64,000 bases of DNA, taken from positions 153,638,001 to 153,702,000 of the forward strand of contig CM059432.1 of NCBI GenBank assembly GCA_030390025.1. The letters are read 5' to 3'. How positions within the stretch are numbered: the stretch's first letter is position 1; each line of letters starts with the position of its first letter. This document shows, piece by piece, positions 23,351-34,990 of the stretch. The position numbers were made by a program, and so were the translations under genes. Below the pieces are notes generated by a model, which saw only the letters and a list, made by a program, of their open reading frames with translations, had not been told where the DNA came from and ran no database searches. Origin of the DNA: Squalus acanthias. Taxonomy: Eukaryota.

Positions 23351-23494
23351 CTGGGATGAAAGCAGATTGCAGTCAATATGTAGGCCTTTCCCAGTCTTCT
23401 CTTTCTGTAGCAGTCCTGCCATTATAGCTCCATGACTGTACAAACCTGTAGCTAGGTCAGTCATAGCTACTCCAGGCCTAACAGGTTCACCATC
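23351..23494 (-). CDS. SUGCT: SUGCT internal coding exon (144 nt, phase 0/0)
   Basis: The minus strand reads tttttcattag|GATGGTGAA...TCATCCCAG|gtatg. It translates as [48 protein letters not shown], which matches the recalled vertebrate SUGCT segment around the family III CoA-transferase catalytic Asp (AMTDL). Confidence 0.95.
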
Positions 23495-24296
23495 CTAATG
23501 AAAAAGATGTAAATAAAATATGAATCTATACAGATTTAAAACAAATACTTATGTCAATAATGCTTAGGTAAACCCTAGTACCTCTTTGTACTCAGTAACC
23601 CTTTCTCTGATTACGTCAACACGTTCGTACGTGTGCATGTGGGCGTGTGCATGTGGGCGTGTGAACATGAGCATGTGCGCGCCTTTCCATTTGTCCAAAA
23701 TCTCAAGCAAGTTTCTGATTGGCTCACAGTAGTTCATATCTGATTGGTATCAGTAGTATCCTTTTTGAGTAGCTCAGTACTGAACAGATAATATTGTACA
23801 AAAAGAAGATTTTGATACAATACAACTGCCATGAGAATTCCCTGCATCCCAGCTGCATTAAGCATTATTTAATGTTATCATTTATAAGTTAACAAATTAA
23901 AGAGAAATCAATAAATGTTATTTTTAAATTGATATCCCAAATGGCCTATGTTGTTGTGGTTCGCCTATCCATGCTCTCTCCTTGTCCGGATCCAGCTATC
24001 TCTCCTCACCTGGTGTCTCCATGCAGCCTCGCTGCTGCCTACTCGCCACCTGGCACCGCACTTCCCCCCCACCTCACACTGAGGAAAATCCACTCACTTT
24101 AACTAAAATTATTCAAAAATCAACCAAACCTGACAGCAAAAAATGAAGGGTAGTAGCCTTGATTATAATTCAATATAACTTTATTTTTAATAGAAGTTCT
24201 GGAAAATTCACTTGTTAAGTATTGCAAATATGTGGCTAAAATAAATCAACCTTAACTGTTATCTGCTGTAAACATGACAGAGTTGTATTCTTTATA

Positions 24297-24628
24297 CAGG
24301 AAACTTTCGTTTATCCGGCACCGACGGGACCGGCGTGGTGCCGGTTGATCGAAAGTGCCGGATTACAGAGAGCTATACTTACCAAGGTACGAGAGCCCCG
24401 TACACGGCCACAGGCTTAACAATTAGGACCCGGAGAGGGAAAGTAAACGAGACTCCGGCTTTTTCCTCCGTGGCCGTGACGGGTCCGAGTCGGAAGAACG
24501 TTGACCCCCCTTTCGTGGGGGCGAAAGGTCAGAATCGGGGTCTTGTCTGTACAATAAAACTTACCTGATTTTTGCCGGTTAAGCGAGAATTCCGGATATT
24601 TGGGTGCCGGATAAACGAAAGTTTCCTG
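24297..24628. mobile_element. Tc1/mariner (pogo/Tigger-type) MITE, TSD TA
   Basis: Perfect 26-bp TIR CAGGAAACTTTCGTTTATCCGGCACC flanked by TA on both sides; CpG-rich. Confidence 0.92.
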
Positions 24629-27345
24629 TAGTTGGCTGTTTATGAGTAATGCTAAGGTGACAGAAGAACAAATGCTTAGTAAAAGCCTGTGCCTCATATT
24701 CAGAAAGAAAAAGCAAATTCCAGCACAGATATTTGCTTCAAGTATAAGATATTTAATACAGAATTATCAAGCAGACCAGGAAAGAACGATTGTCAACATG
24801 AATGAATGACAACCACCAGCTAATTCCATCAAACAGACATTCAAAAAGGGACATCAAATGCGACATGACGAGAGACAAGAATGTTTGGATAAAACCCAAG
24901 ACTGGGGAAACGGAAAAGTCAGCCAAAAGGAAATGCCAGCCTAGAACATCCTATGCAGTCAATGCCAGAACTAAACATTTTGATTTATCAACTAATTCCA
25001 AAAAGTTCTTGTGAAAGAATACAATATTCAAAGACAAATGTGTAAAACTCAATGTCAATGTTCTACTGTTCCCGGCATTGAATGGAAAGTTAACCAAGAA
25101 GAGGTATCTTGTTCTCCAGCTTTCTCTAACAGTACCTTTGAATCAATGTAACACAACAATAAAATAATTACGTCAACTGCCTTTTGACAGAAAAGGATGT
25201 GAACAGCCACATTGAATCTCTGCGCACTATATCGATCAGGGTTCAGTGGCAACTTTTTTGATTACTGAAAGATTTTCCTCTAAAGCTTACTGCATGTGAA
25301 TTGGAGAAATAATACACAGCTGTCAAGTGGCCTCAGTAATCAAATGGAAAGAAAAATGAGCATTCACAAGATCATGATAAAGCCATTCGGCCATCTTAGC
25401 TCATCCATTCAGCAAGAACCTTCAGTGCCCAGCTTTCAGCTGTTTAATAAATTTAATTAGGGTTAAGTTAGGGTTAGGGTTTACGCCCCCATTATCCTAT
25501 CTGGAACTCCATTCCAGATACTGATCATTTGTCATGTGAAGCACTTCCTGACAGTGGGTCTTAAATTTGTCATTCATCAGTTTGAACCTGTGCCCTGAAG
25601 TTTGTGAGAGGCATGAACAATTTTTCGTGCCTCTTTACACCTCACTCCATTCTTTTCTGCAGTCAATACAGTTTCTTCATTGAAACAAAGGATGCCCCAA
25701 TTGTTTTGGGCTGGACTGAGGAATGGTGAGGTGAACTCTTTCAGCTTTTGCTTGATATATTATTCAGTTGACATGAGAACAGGACGTTTTGATGTAGTTA
25801 ATTGGGCACCATTGACTGTGGGGATGTGCTGTCATAAAAAATGGACTGCCAGGTGTCTTAAACAATATGTCCCCTTGCAGTTGTTTAGGAGGAAACTGGT
25901 TCTGTATTTCATTATTATGTTTCAATAATTTGGGCATTAAGTAAAAAATTGCTTGAAAACTTCCCTAAGTGTAACTAATTCAAAATAAATTGTTCGTATC
26001 GATCTTGGTGATTCCCAGTAGTTGCAACTAAAATATATAACTTAATGAATGGACAACCTTTCTCTGTACATTTCTGACCACTCTTGTATTTATTCTTTCT
26101 CGTTTTCATCTCTTTGTTTTGGTTAATTTTTCTATCTTCTTACTCTCTCCTTTCTCTTCCTTCATGTTCCTCACTCTTATTCTTTCCTCTTCTGGTGGAA
26201 TTTGTTGCAATTTCACTTTTTCTTGCTGGCCTGTTGGGATTTGGAGGCTGCGCTCCCAGATAATCCACTGTGTTTGTGTGGATGTACATAACCTATCTCA
26301 TGATCCGGGTCCATTGTCGATGGCCTCCTTCCCCACTCACTGCCATACAATCCGCAGAATACAAACGCCTGCCAAAGGGGACAGGTTGCAAGGAGAACGC
26401 AACATAAAGAGGATAAGGGAACAAAGTACTGGGAGAGGGCAGAACGTGGGGGGGGGGGACAGTGAAAAAAAAAAACCCTGCAGGGTAATCAGCTGCACCA
26501 GTGACTCTCCCAAATTACACCTGGGTGTTTTCACACATCCACAGGAAACACTCTGTGAACCGTTACTGCCCAACAGAAAGACCCCAGAGAAGGAAAAAAT
26601 ATATTTCTTTAAAAAATACTGGGTCAAAAATAATATAATTCTTATATCTACAGGTCAAGTCAAAAATATTGTCCAACAGGAAGGGTAGATTAAATCTGAT
26701 CCATAAGCAAGCCATCCTTGGATGGATCACAGTAAACCTTTTCTGCTTACAAGAGCAGGAAGGTTTAATCAACAGCAATGTTTAAGATTTTTGTACAACA
26801 CTACTGAGTGACACCAGCTGTTTATAGCATTGTGCAAGCATCTGTGCTGGTGAGGCCCAAAGAACAGAGATAGCGTTGAGAAAGATAAAGCCAGTAGATA
26901 ACTAGGCCAGTACCCAAGAAGGTAAAAAGGAGTAAAGACCATTCAGCACATTTAGGTTGCTCTGTCATTCAGGTCCATGTTCAGGATGTCACTCCTGACA
27001 TGTTACCCTCGACTTAGTGAATCAAAATTTACCTACTTTTTTAATGCATCAGCCACGGCTGCATTTACCGCATTAAAGTGGGAGGTCATTTCCTCAGTTA
27101 GCCACTATGGAAAGTAGTGATTCTTAAAGTAATACTCAGCTTGAAGTTCTCTTTACATAATATTAGCTCATTAATTATTTCTTTAGCCTGAAATTATAGT
27201 TCTGTTCTTCGGGTTCACCATTTTCACTTCACCAATTCTTTTACAGCTTCAGAAACCTGGATTATGCAGCCCACCTCAACACTTTTGATCAATCAGAACA
27301 TACTTTGCTCAGGCTTACTAAATAGCTCATTGATTCAAATTCAGT

Positions 27346-28177
27346 GGGGGCGATTTTCTCAGCCCCGAGGAGGCGGGTATGGAGGCGGGACAGCCGGGAA
27401 AATGGCAGAATTTGGGGGCGGGTGGCAAACCCGCCCCCAACCCGCCTCCATGCCATCTTCCCAGGAGGCGGGTTGCCGTCCCGCGCCGGGTCCCATCTCC
27501 TTGGAGGCGGGAAGGGATTAAAGCCTATTAACTGCCTGTTAACAGGTAGTTAACAGGCAGAAAATAGGATTATCCTCTTTTTGCCCTCACAAGTGCGGGC
27601 TTCCCGATGGCTCCAAAACTCACCAGCTCAGCGAGGCGAGTACTGGGTCTGCGGGGTGCAAAAGTGTGCTGTGAAGGTAAGTGATGGGTGCAAGAGTGTA
27701 GAGGTGAGTATCTGAGGTAAGTGCAAAGTGTTGTTAAAAGTGTACTTACCTTTGTTTCTTCCTGCAGGCTTCAGTCGGTTTCTATACGGAGAGTCTCGCA
27801 CCTCCGTGTTGCAAATGAGAGATGTCCGTTGCATTCTCAGATGCAACAAACATCGTATTTCTGTAAAAGAAAGGTTGATGAGGTCTTGTATGCAAGGCCT
27901 CATCAAACTGCAGAGATTGTCACTGTTTGACAGCTTCACAGAGTTGTCAAACGATGACAATTCATCTGTCAAAAATTTTTGACAGATGACATGTCATACG
28001 TTGACGTGCTCTGCAACCGGCTTTCCCTTAATTGACCTGCTAAGCCCGCTAAGCGGGCTTAACAAGGTCAATCAAGGGAAAATAGCGTAAGTTGGCCACA
28101 ACTCAATGGAGGTGGGACTGACACCCGACAAGCAGCAGTCCCGCCTCCAACGCGCCTCCATTCACAAAATCGCCCCC
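27346..28177. mobile_element. Non-autonomous Harbinger-type element (family of 5010 and 62802), TSD AGT
   Basis: TIR GGGGGCGATTTT / AAAATCGCCCCC; colinear with 62802-63596. Confidence 0.85.
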
Positions 28178-28259
28178 AGTGTCTTGTTGTCCTTCTTGGA
28201 ATCCTTTCCAGTGCATCTATGTCTTTCTTAAGTTCAGTGAGAAAAACTGGATACAAGAG

Positions 28260-28625
28260 ACCTGAACTAATAATCCAGACAACGTGAGTTCAAATCCCAC
28301 TATGGCAGTTTGACAATTTGAATTCAGTTTAAAACTTCTGGAAATAAAAAGCTGGTATCAGTAAAAGTGACCATGAACCCAACTGGTTCACCATTGTCCT
28401 TTAGGGAAGAAAACCTGTTGTTCTTACCCAGTCTGGCCTATATGTGACTCCAGTCCCACATCAACATGGTTGACTCTTAACTGCCCTCTGAAGTGGCCTA
28501 GCAAGCTTCTCAGTTGTATGAAACTGCTACCAGTGCTTCAAAAAGAAGCCCCACCACCTTCTCAGGGCAACTAGGGATGGGCAATAAATGCTGGCCTTGC
28601 CAGAAAGGATGAATTTTTAAAAAAA
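28260..28625 (+). mobile_element. tRNA-derived SINE (second family)
   Basis: B-box-like gagttcaaatccc; body and tail as at 10531-10928. Confidence 0.7.
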
Positions 28626-29639
28626 AGTGTGATCTCACCACTGCGATCAATCACTGATACTCACTTTTACAGCCTCAAGTTCCATATTCTATTGCTATAC
28701 AATGTGCTAACCACAAACAACATTTGGTTCTGCACACCCAAATTATTTTCCTGTTGCATTTTATGTAATAGCATTTCACTGTATAATCATGCTCCTATTT
28801 TAGTATCAATATACATTACTTTACAAAATTACGTATCATGGAAGTATGTTAGATGCTTGGAGGTACTTCTTTTCGCACAGAGTCATCAATCTAATGCTAA
28901 CATGTAAAGTAAGTGCAGATTCAATGCTGGACATTCAAAAGGGAGCGGGACAAGTTTCTGAGTGCAGCCAATGTAACTACATATAGAAGGTAGGTGGGTC
29001 ATTGGGGGTTGTGTACCTCCATCACCTTGGTCTCCTGGGAATTATTTGAGCACCTTCGGAGGTTGGAGAAGAATTTCACAAAGTCTTTTCCTAAATTGGC
29101 CCATGGTTTCACCTCTGTTTTTTGCCTCTCCCAGTAGATTACATGGCTGTGAGTGGGTGGTTGGGGGGGAGATAAAGGTGACATCGTGCAGAAGTTACAC
29201 CATGCCAGTATAGGACATGCTTGATGGACCAGTTGGTCTTTATCTGTCCTTTTTCGTAAGTCTGTTTTTCTTGATATAAATGCCCAATTCCTTAGCATCT
29301 GTAGGTCCATTCAAATAATGACCATGTGAGGGTATGAACAATATTGGTGGGCCTCTGCATCACAATGTGTTCTTTCCACCCATATCATTCAGGCATTGGA
29401 GCTGAGCTAGGATCTCTTGCAGAGGAGATTCTGAAGAAAGCAGGGGAGTTTGACAGAAAGTTGGACAGCAGACTTTTGAGAAGATCCTGACTTTGACAGA
29501 AGTTTGGGAGATTGCATTCAATGCTCCCCTGCCACTGGACTTGGCTGAGGAAGATTAAATGTCCAGCCCTACCACAATGCCACCCGTCAGGTGTATCATC
29601 CCGGGCACAGCTACCAGGGATTGACTGAACAGTAGCCCC

Positions 29640-30260
29640 TTTCAATGACTACAGCAGGGAGGCAGTGACCAAGCTGTACCATCTCCTACAGGAAGACCTC
29701 CAGCTAATTTGCAATCCTGAGGGCATTGCCAATGGCCATCAAGGTCACCATAGCCCTCAACTTTTATGATTTTAGCTCCTTACAGCCTAGCACTGGAACA
29801 TCTGTAGCATCTCTCAGATCACAGTCCAATGTTGCACTAAGCAGGTGTCTAATGCTTTATTCAAGGGGGCTAACATCGTCACAACATTTGGCACTGAGCA
29901 GCAGCGGCGTGATAGCTGCACAGTTCCACTGCACTGTTTACTTTCTTGGAGTAGAAGTGGGAATTGATTCCACCCTCAGTATTCTCTCAGTGTCCACCTG
30001 GTCTACGAATCATGCAGGTCAATAGCCAGATCCCTCAAAACTCTTACAATGCATTTATTTAGTGCCAATTATCTGTGGCAGGCTCATATGAAGGGGAAGG
30101 TAGAAGTGGAAAGATAGCTCCTGAGAGACCTTGGCTGCCCTCTTGAGCACTGGCCAGTCTTCCTTTTCCCCAGCCACAAACAGAAGCAAAGTACAGATGT
30201 AATGAGACAACCTCAAGGATCACTGTTGAACATACCATCAGCTTCTTCAAACACGATTTG
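29640..30260 (+). pseudogene. Old, degenerate Harbinger transposase fragment
   Basis: EAVTKLYHLLQEDLQ, LPMAIKVTIALNFY and RITVEHTI remnants. No termini were found. Confidence 0.65.
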
Positions 30261-30271
30261 GGATGTCAATG

Positions 30272-31130
30272 GCAACAACAATTTGTATTTATATCGCGCC
30301 TTTAACGTAGTAAAAGGTCCCAAGGCGCTTCACAGGAGCGTTATCAAACAAAATTGGACACTGAGCCACATAAGTAGATATTAGGACAGATGACCAAAAG
30401 CTTGGTTAAAGAGGTAGGTTTTAAGGAGCGTCTTAAAGGAGGAGAGAGAGGTATAGAATGGTGGCGAGGTTTAGGGAGGTAATTCCAGAGCTTAATGCCA
30501 AGGCAGCAGAAGGCACGATTAAAATCGGGGATGTACAAGAGGCTCATACAGATCTCGAAGAGCAGAGAAGGTTAAGAGGAGATTTGGTAGAGGTATTCAA
30601 AATCATGAATGGTTTTGATAGAGTAAATAAGGCAAAACTGTTTCCAGTGGTAGAAGGTTCATTAACCAGAGGACACAGATAGACGGTGATTGACAAAAGA
30701 ACCAGAGTCCATATGAGGAAACATTTTTTTACACAGCGAGTTGTTATGATCTGGAATGCATTGCCTGAAAGGGTGGTGGAAGCAGATTCAATAGTAACTT
30801 TCAAAAGGGAATTGGATAAATACTTGAAGGGAAAAATTGCAGTATATGGGGAAAGAGTGGGGGAGTGGAACTAGTTGGAGAGCTCTACCCATAGATCCGG
30901 TACAGGCACGATGGCCCGACTGGCCTTCTACGCTGTATCATTCTATGATTCTATGAAGGAGGATGGGATGTATGAGAGACCAGAGTCGGAGGAACACAGA
31001 ATCCTGCTCGGGTTGTAGGACTGGTGAGGTTACAGAGATGGGGAGAGGTGAGGTCACAAAGGAATTTAAACACAAGAATGATAAATTGAAATTGGAGGCA
31101 TTGGGAGAACAACAGCCAATGTAGGTCATT
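30272..31130 (-). mobile_element. L2-type LINE 3' fragment interrupted by a + strand CR1 3' fragment (about 30557-30955)
   Basis: L2 tail (aac)n-ttgtatttatatcgcgcc as at 38908; inserted EQRRLRGDL...WNALPERVVEA. Confidence 0.75.
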
Positions 31131-31311
31131 CGGTTGCATTTGTGCTTTAACATTTGCACTGTGTCCCTTTAACGCTGGCTCACTTTCTGGATTCTGCTCT
31201 TCTTCCTCCATGGTTAGGCCTCAATACAGAGCAAAGTTATGGAGCATGCAGCAGTTGATGTCCAGACATTAACCACCATCCCCCCTCGAGATATCTACAC
31301 TCCTCTAATTT

Positions 31312-33960
31312 TAGAAACATAGAAACATAGAAGCTAGGAGCAGGAGTAGGCCATTCGGCCCCTCGAGCCTGCTCCGCCATTCGATGAGATCATGGCTGAT
31401 CATCCAAACTCAGTACCCTGTGCCTGCCTTCTCCCCATATCCCTTGATACCTTTAGCTTTAAGAAATATATCTAACTCATTCTTGAATATATTTAATGAC
31501 TTGGCCTCAACTACCTTCTGTGGTAGAGAATTCCACAGGTTCACCACTCTCTGGGTGAAGAAATTCTTCCTCATTTCTGTCCTAAATGGCTTACCCCTTA
31601 ACCTTAGATTATGACCCCTGGTTCTGGACTCTCCGACCATCGGGAACATTCTTCCTGCATCTAGTTTGTCCAGACCTGTCAGAATTTTATATGTTTCGAT
31701 GAGATCCCCTCTCATTCTTCTATACTCCAGCGAGTATAAGCCCAATCGACCCAATCTCTCCTCATATGTCATTCCTGCCATCCCAGGTATCATCCTTGTG
31801 AATCTTTGCTGAACTCTTTCCATGGCAAGAACATCCTTCCTCGGATAAGGCGACCAAAACTGCACACAGTACTCAAGGTGTGGTCTCACCAAGGCCCTGT
31901 ACAACTGCAGCAGGACATCCCTGTTCCTATACTCAAACCCTTTCGCTATGAAGGCCAACATACCATTTGCCTTCTTCACCACCTGCTGCACCTGCATGCT
32001 TACCTTCAGCGATTGGTGCACAAGGACACCCAGGTCTCGTTGCACTTCCCCTTCTCCCAATCTATTGCCATTCAGATAATAGTTTGCCTTTCTGTTTTTG
32101 ACACCAAAGTGGATAACCTCGCATTTATCCACGTTATATTGCATCTGCCACGCTTCTGCCCACTCACCCAACCTGTCCAGATCATCCTGGAGTTTCTCGG
32201 TATCCTCCTCGCAGCGCACACGCCCACCCAGCTTTGTGTCATCTGCAAACTTGGAGATAATACATTTAGTTCCCTTATCTAGATCATTAATGTATATTGT
32301 GAATAGCTGGGGTCCAAGGACCGATCCCTGCGGTACCCCACTAGTCACTGCCTGCCACTTGGAAAAAGACCCATTAATTCCTACTCTCTGCTTTCTGTCC
32401 GCCAACCAGTTCTCTATCCAAGTCAATACCTTGCCCCCAATCCCATGTGCCTTAACTTTACACGCTAATCTCTTATGCGGGACCTTATCGAAAGCCTTTT
32501 GAAAGTCCAAATACACCACATCTACTGGTTCTCCCTTATCTATTTTCCCAGTTACATCCTCAAAAAATTCCAGTAGATTAATCAAGCACGATTTACCTTT
32601 TGTAAATCCATGTTGACTTTGTCCGATCCTGTCACTGTTTTTCAAGTGCTCAGCGATTACATTCTTTATAATGGACTCTAGCACTTTCCCCACTACCGAT
32701 GTCAGGCTTACCGGTCTGTAATTCCCCGCTTTCTCTCTACCACCCTTTTTGAATAGTGGGGTAACATTAGCTACCCTCCAATCCATGGGTATAGTTCCAG
32801 ATTCCATCGAATGTTGGAAGATGATCAGCAATGCATCTACTATTTCTAGGGCCACTTCCTTAAGTACCCTAGGATGTAGATTATCAGGCCCTGGAGATTT
32901 ATCGGCCTTCAATCCCGTCAATTTCCCTAACACCATTTCCCTGCAAATGCTGATTTCTTTCAGTTCCTCCCTTTCATCAGACCGTATGTTCTCCAACATC
33001 TCTGGGAGGTTATTTGTGTCCTCCTTTGTGAAGACAGAACGAAAATATGCATTTAGTTGGTCTGCCATTTCTTTGTTCCCCATTATAACTTGCCCCGCTT
33101 CTGACTACAAGGGACCTACACTTGATTTCACTAATCTTTTTCTCTTCACATATCTATCAAAGCTCTTACAGTCAGTTTTTATGTTCCCAGCAAGCTTACT
33201 TTCATATTCTATTTTCCCCTTCTTAATTGATCCCTTTGTCCTCCTTTGTTGAATCCTAAACTGCTCCCAATCCTCAGGGTTACCGCTTTTTCTGGCCAAT
33301 TTATATGCCCTCTCCTTGGATCTTATGCTATCCCTAATTTCCCCTGTTAGCCACGGTTGAGTCACCCTTTTTGTTTTATTCTTATGCCACACTGGGATGA
33401 ACAAATTCTGTAGTTCATCCATGCCGTCTTTGAATGTTTGCCATTGCCTGTCCACCGTCAACCCCTTGAGTGACATTCCCCAATCAATCCTACCCAATTC
33501 GCGCCTCATACCATCGTAGTTTCCTTTATTTAAATTCAGGACCCTAGTCTCTGATTCAACTACTTCACTCTCCATCCTAATGAAGAATTCTATCATATTA
33601 TGATCACTCTGACCCAAGGGGCCTCGTACAACAAGATTGCTAATTAATCCTTTCTCATTACATAATACCCAGTCTAAGATGGCCTGATCTCTGGTTGGTT
33701 CCTCGACACATTGTTCCAGAAAACCATCCCGTAAACATTCTAGGAATTCCTCCTCCACAGTATTTTTACTAATTTGGTTAGCCCAATCTATATGTAAATT
33801 AAAGTCACCCATGATGACTGCTGTGCCCTTACTGCATGCTTCTCTAATTTCCCTTTTAATGCCGTCCCCAACCTCTGTATTACTGTTTGGAGGTCTATAT
33901 ACCACTCCCACTAACATTTTCTGCCCCTTGTTCTTTCTCAGTTCTACCCATACAGATTCC
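31312..33960 (-). mobile_element. Young 5'-truncated CR1 LINE (partial APE plus complete RT; ORFs 33105-33917 and 31410-33083)
   Basis: Motifs [28 protein letters not shown] and FADD; one frameshift at about 33100; 8-bp repeat tail. It is inserted in an L2 3' fragment (31283-31311 | 33961-34190). Confidence 0.95.
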
Positions 33961-34194
33961 CCTCTTGAGCATCCCCGATTTTAATCATGCCACCATTGGT
34001 GGCCGTGCTGAGGTCCTAAGCTCTGGAATTCCCTGCCTAAACCTCCCAGCCTCTCTACCTCTCTTTCCTCCTTTAGGATGCTCCTTAAAACCTACCTCTT
34101 TGACCAAGCTTTTGGTCATCTGCCCTTATTTCTCTTTATGTGGCTTGGTGTCAAATTTTTTTTGTCTTATAACACTCCTGTGAAGCACCTTGGG

Positions 34195-34990
34195 CTTTAA
34201 TTTTGCTAAAAAGTCAATTATGTGGTACTTTGTCAAAAGTCTTACGAAAGTTCACGTACACAACATCAACCGCACTACCCTCATCAATCCTCTCCGTTGC
34301 TTCATCAAAGAACTCAATCAAGTTAGTCAAATACATTTTGCCTTTATCAAATCCATGCTGACTTTCATTTATTATCCCATACCTTTCCAAATGCCAATTG
34401 ATTTTGTCCCGGATTATTGTCTCTAAAAGTTTCCCCACCACTGACGTTAGGCTGACTGGCCTGTAGTTACTGGGTTTATCCCTCTCCCCCTTATTAAACA
34501 AGGGTGTAACATTGCAATCCTCCAATCCTCTGGCACCACCCCCATATTCATGGAGAAGCGGAAGATTGTGGCCAGAGCCTCCACAATTTCCACCCTTACT
34601 TCCCTCAGAAACCAAGGATGCACCCCATCCGGACCAGGTAACTTTTCTACTTTGAGGACTGCCACCCTTTTAAGTACCTCCTCTTTATCTATTTTTTTGT
34701 CCATTCAATTTTGCTACTACCTCCTACATTGGCTGCATCCTCTTCTCTAGTGAAGACAGATGCAATGTACTCATTTAGTGCCTCAGCCATGCCCTCTGTC
34801 TCCACAAGATAATTTCCCTTCTGGTCCCTAATCGGCCCCACTCTTCCTTTGACTACCCTTTTACTATTTATATGTTTAGAAAAAGACTTTTGGGTTCCCT
34901 TTTATGTCACCTGCTAATCTATTCTCATACTTTCTCTTTGCCCCTCTTATTCTCTTTTTTAGATCTCCTCTGTACTTTTTATATTCAGTT
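34195..34990 (-). mobile_element. CR1 ORF2 middle fragment
   Basis: PGPDGVHP, NYRPVSLTSVVGKLLE and QHGF. Confidence 0.85.

Noticed and set aside
25456..25483. Interstitial telomeric repeat
   Set aside because: Only about 3 TTAGGG units; too short to support.
26119..26688. 189-aa ORF on the + strand
   Set aside because: Low-complexity, non-ATG start, crosses homopolymer runs, and has no recognisable domain.
31806..33252. Antisense ORFs over CR1 RT (also 44175-44612 and 56119-56743)
   Set aside because: These are shadow frames of CR1 ORF2 with no independent coding signal.
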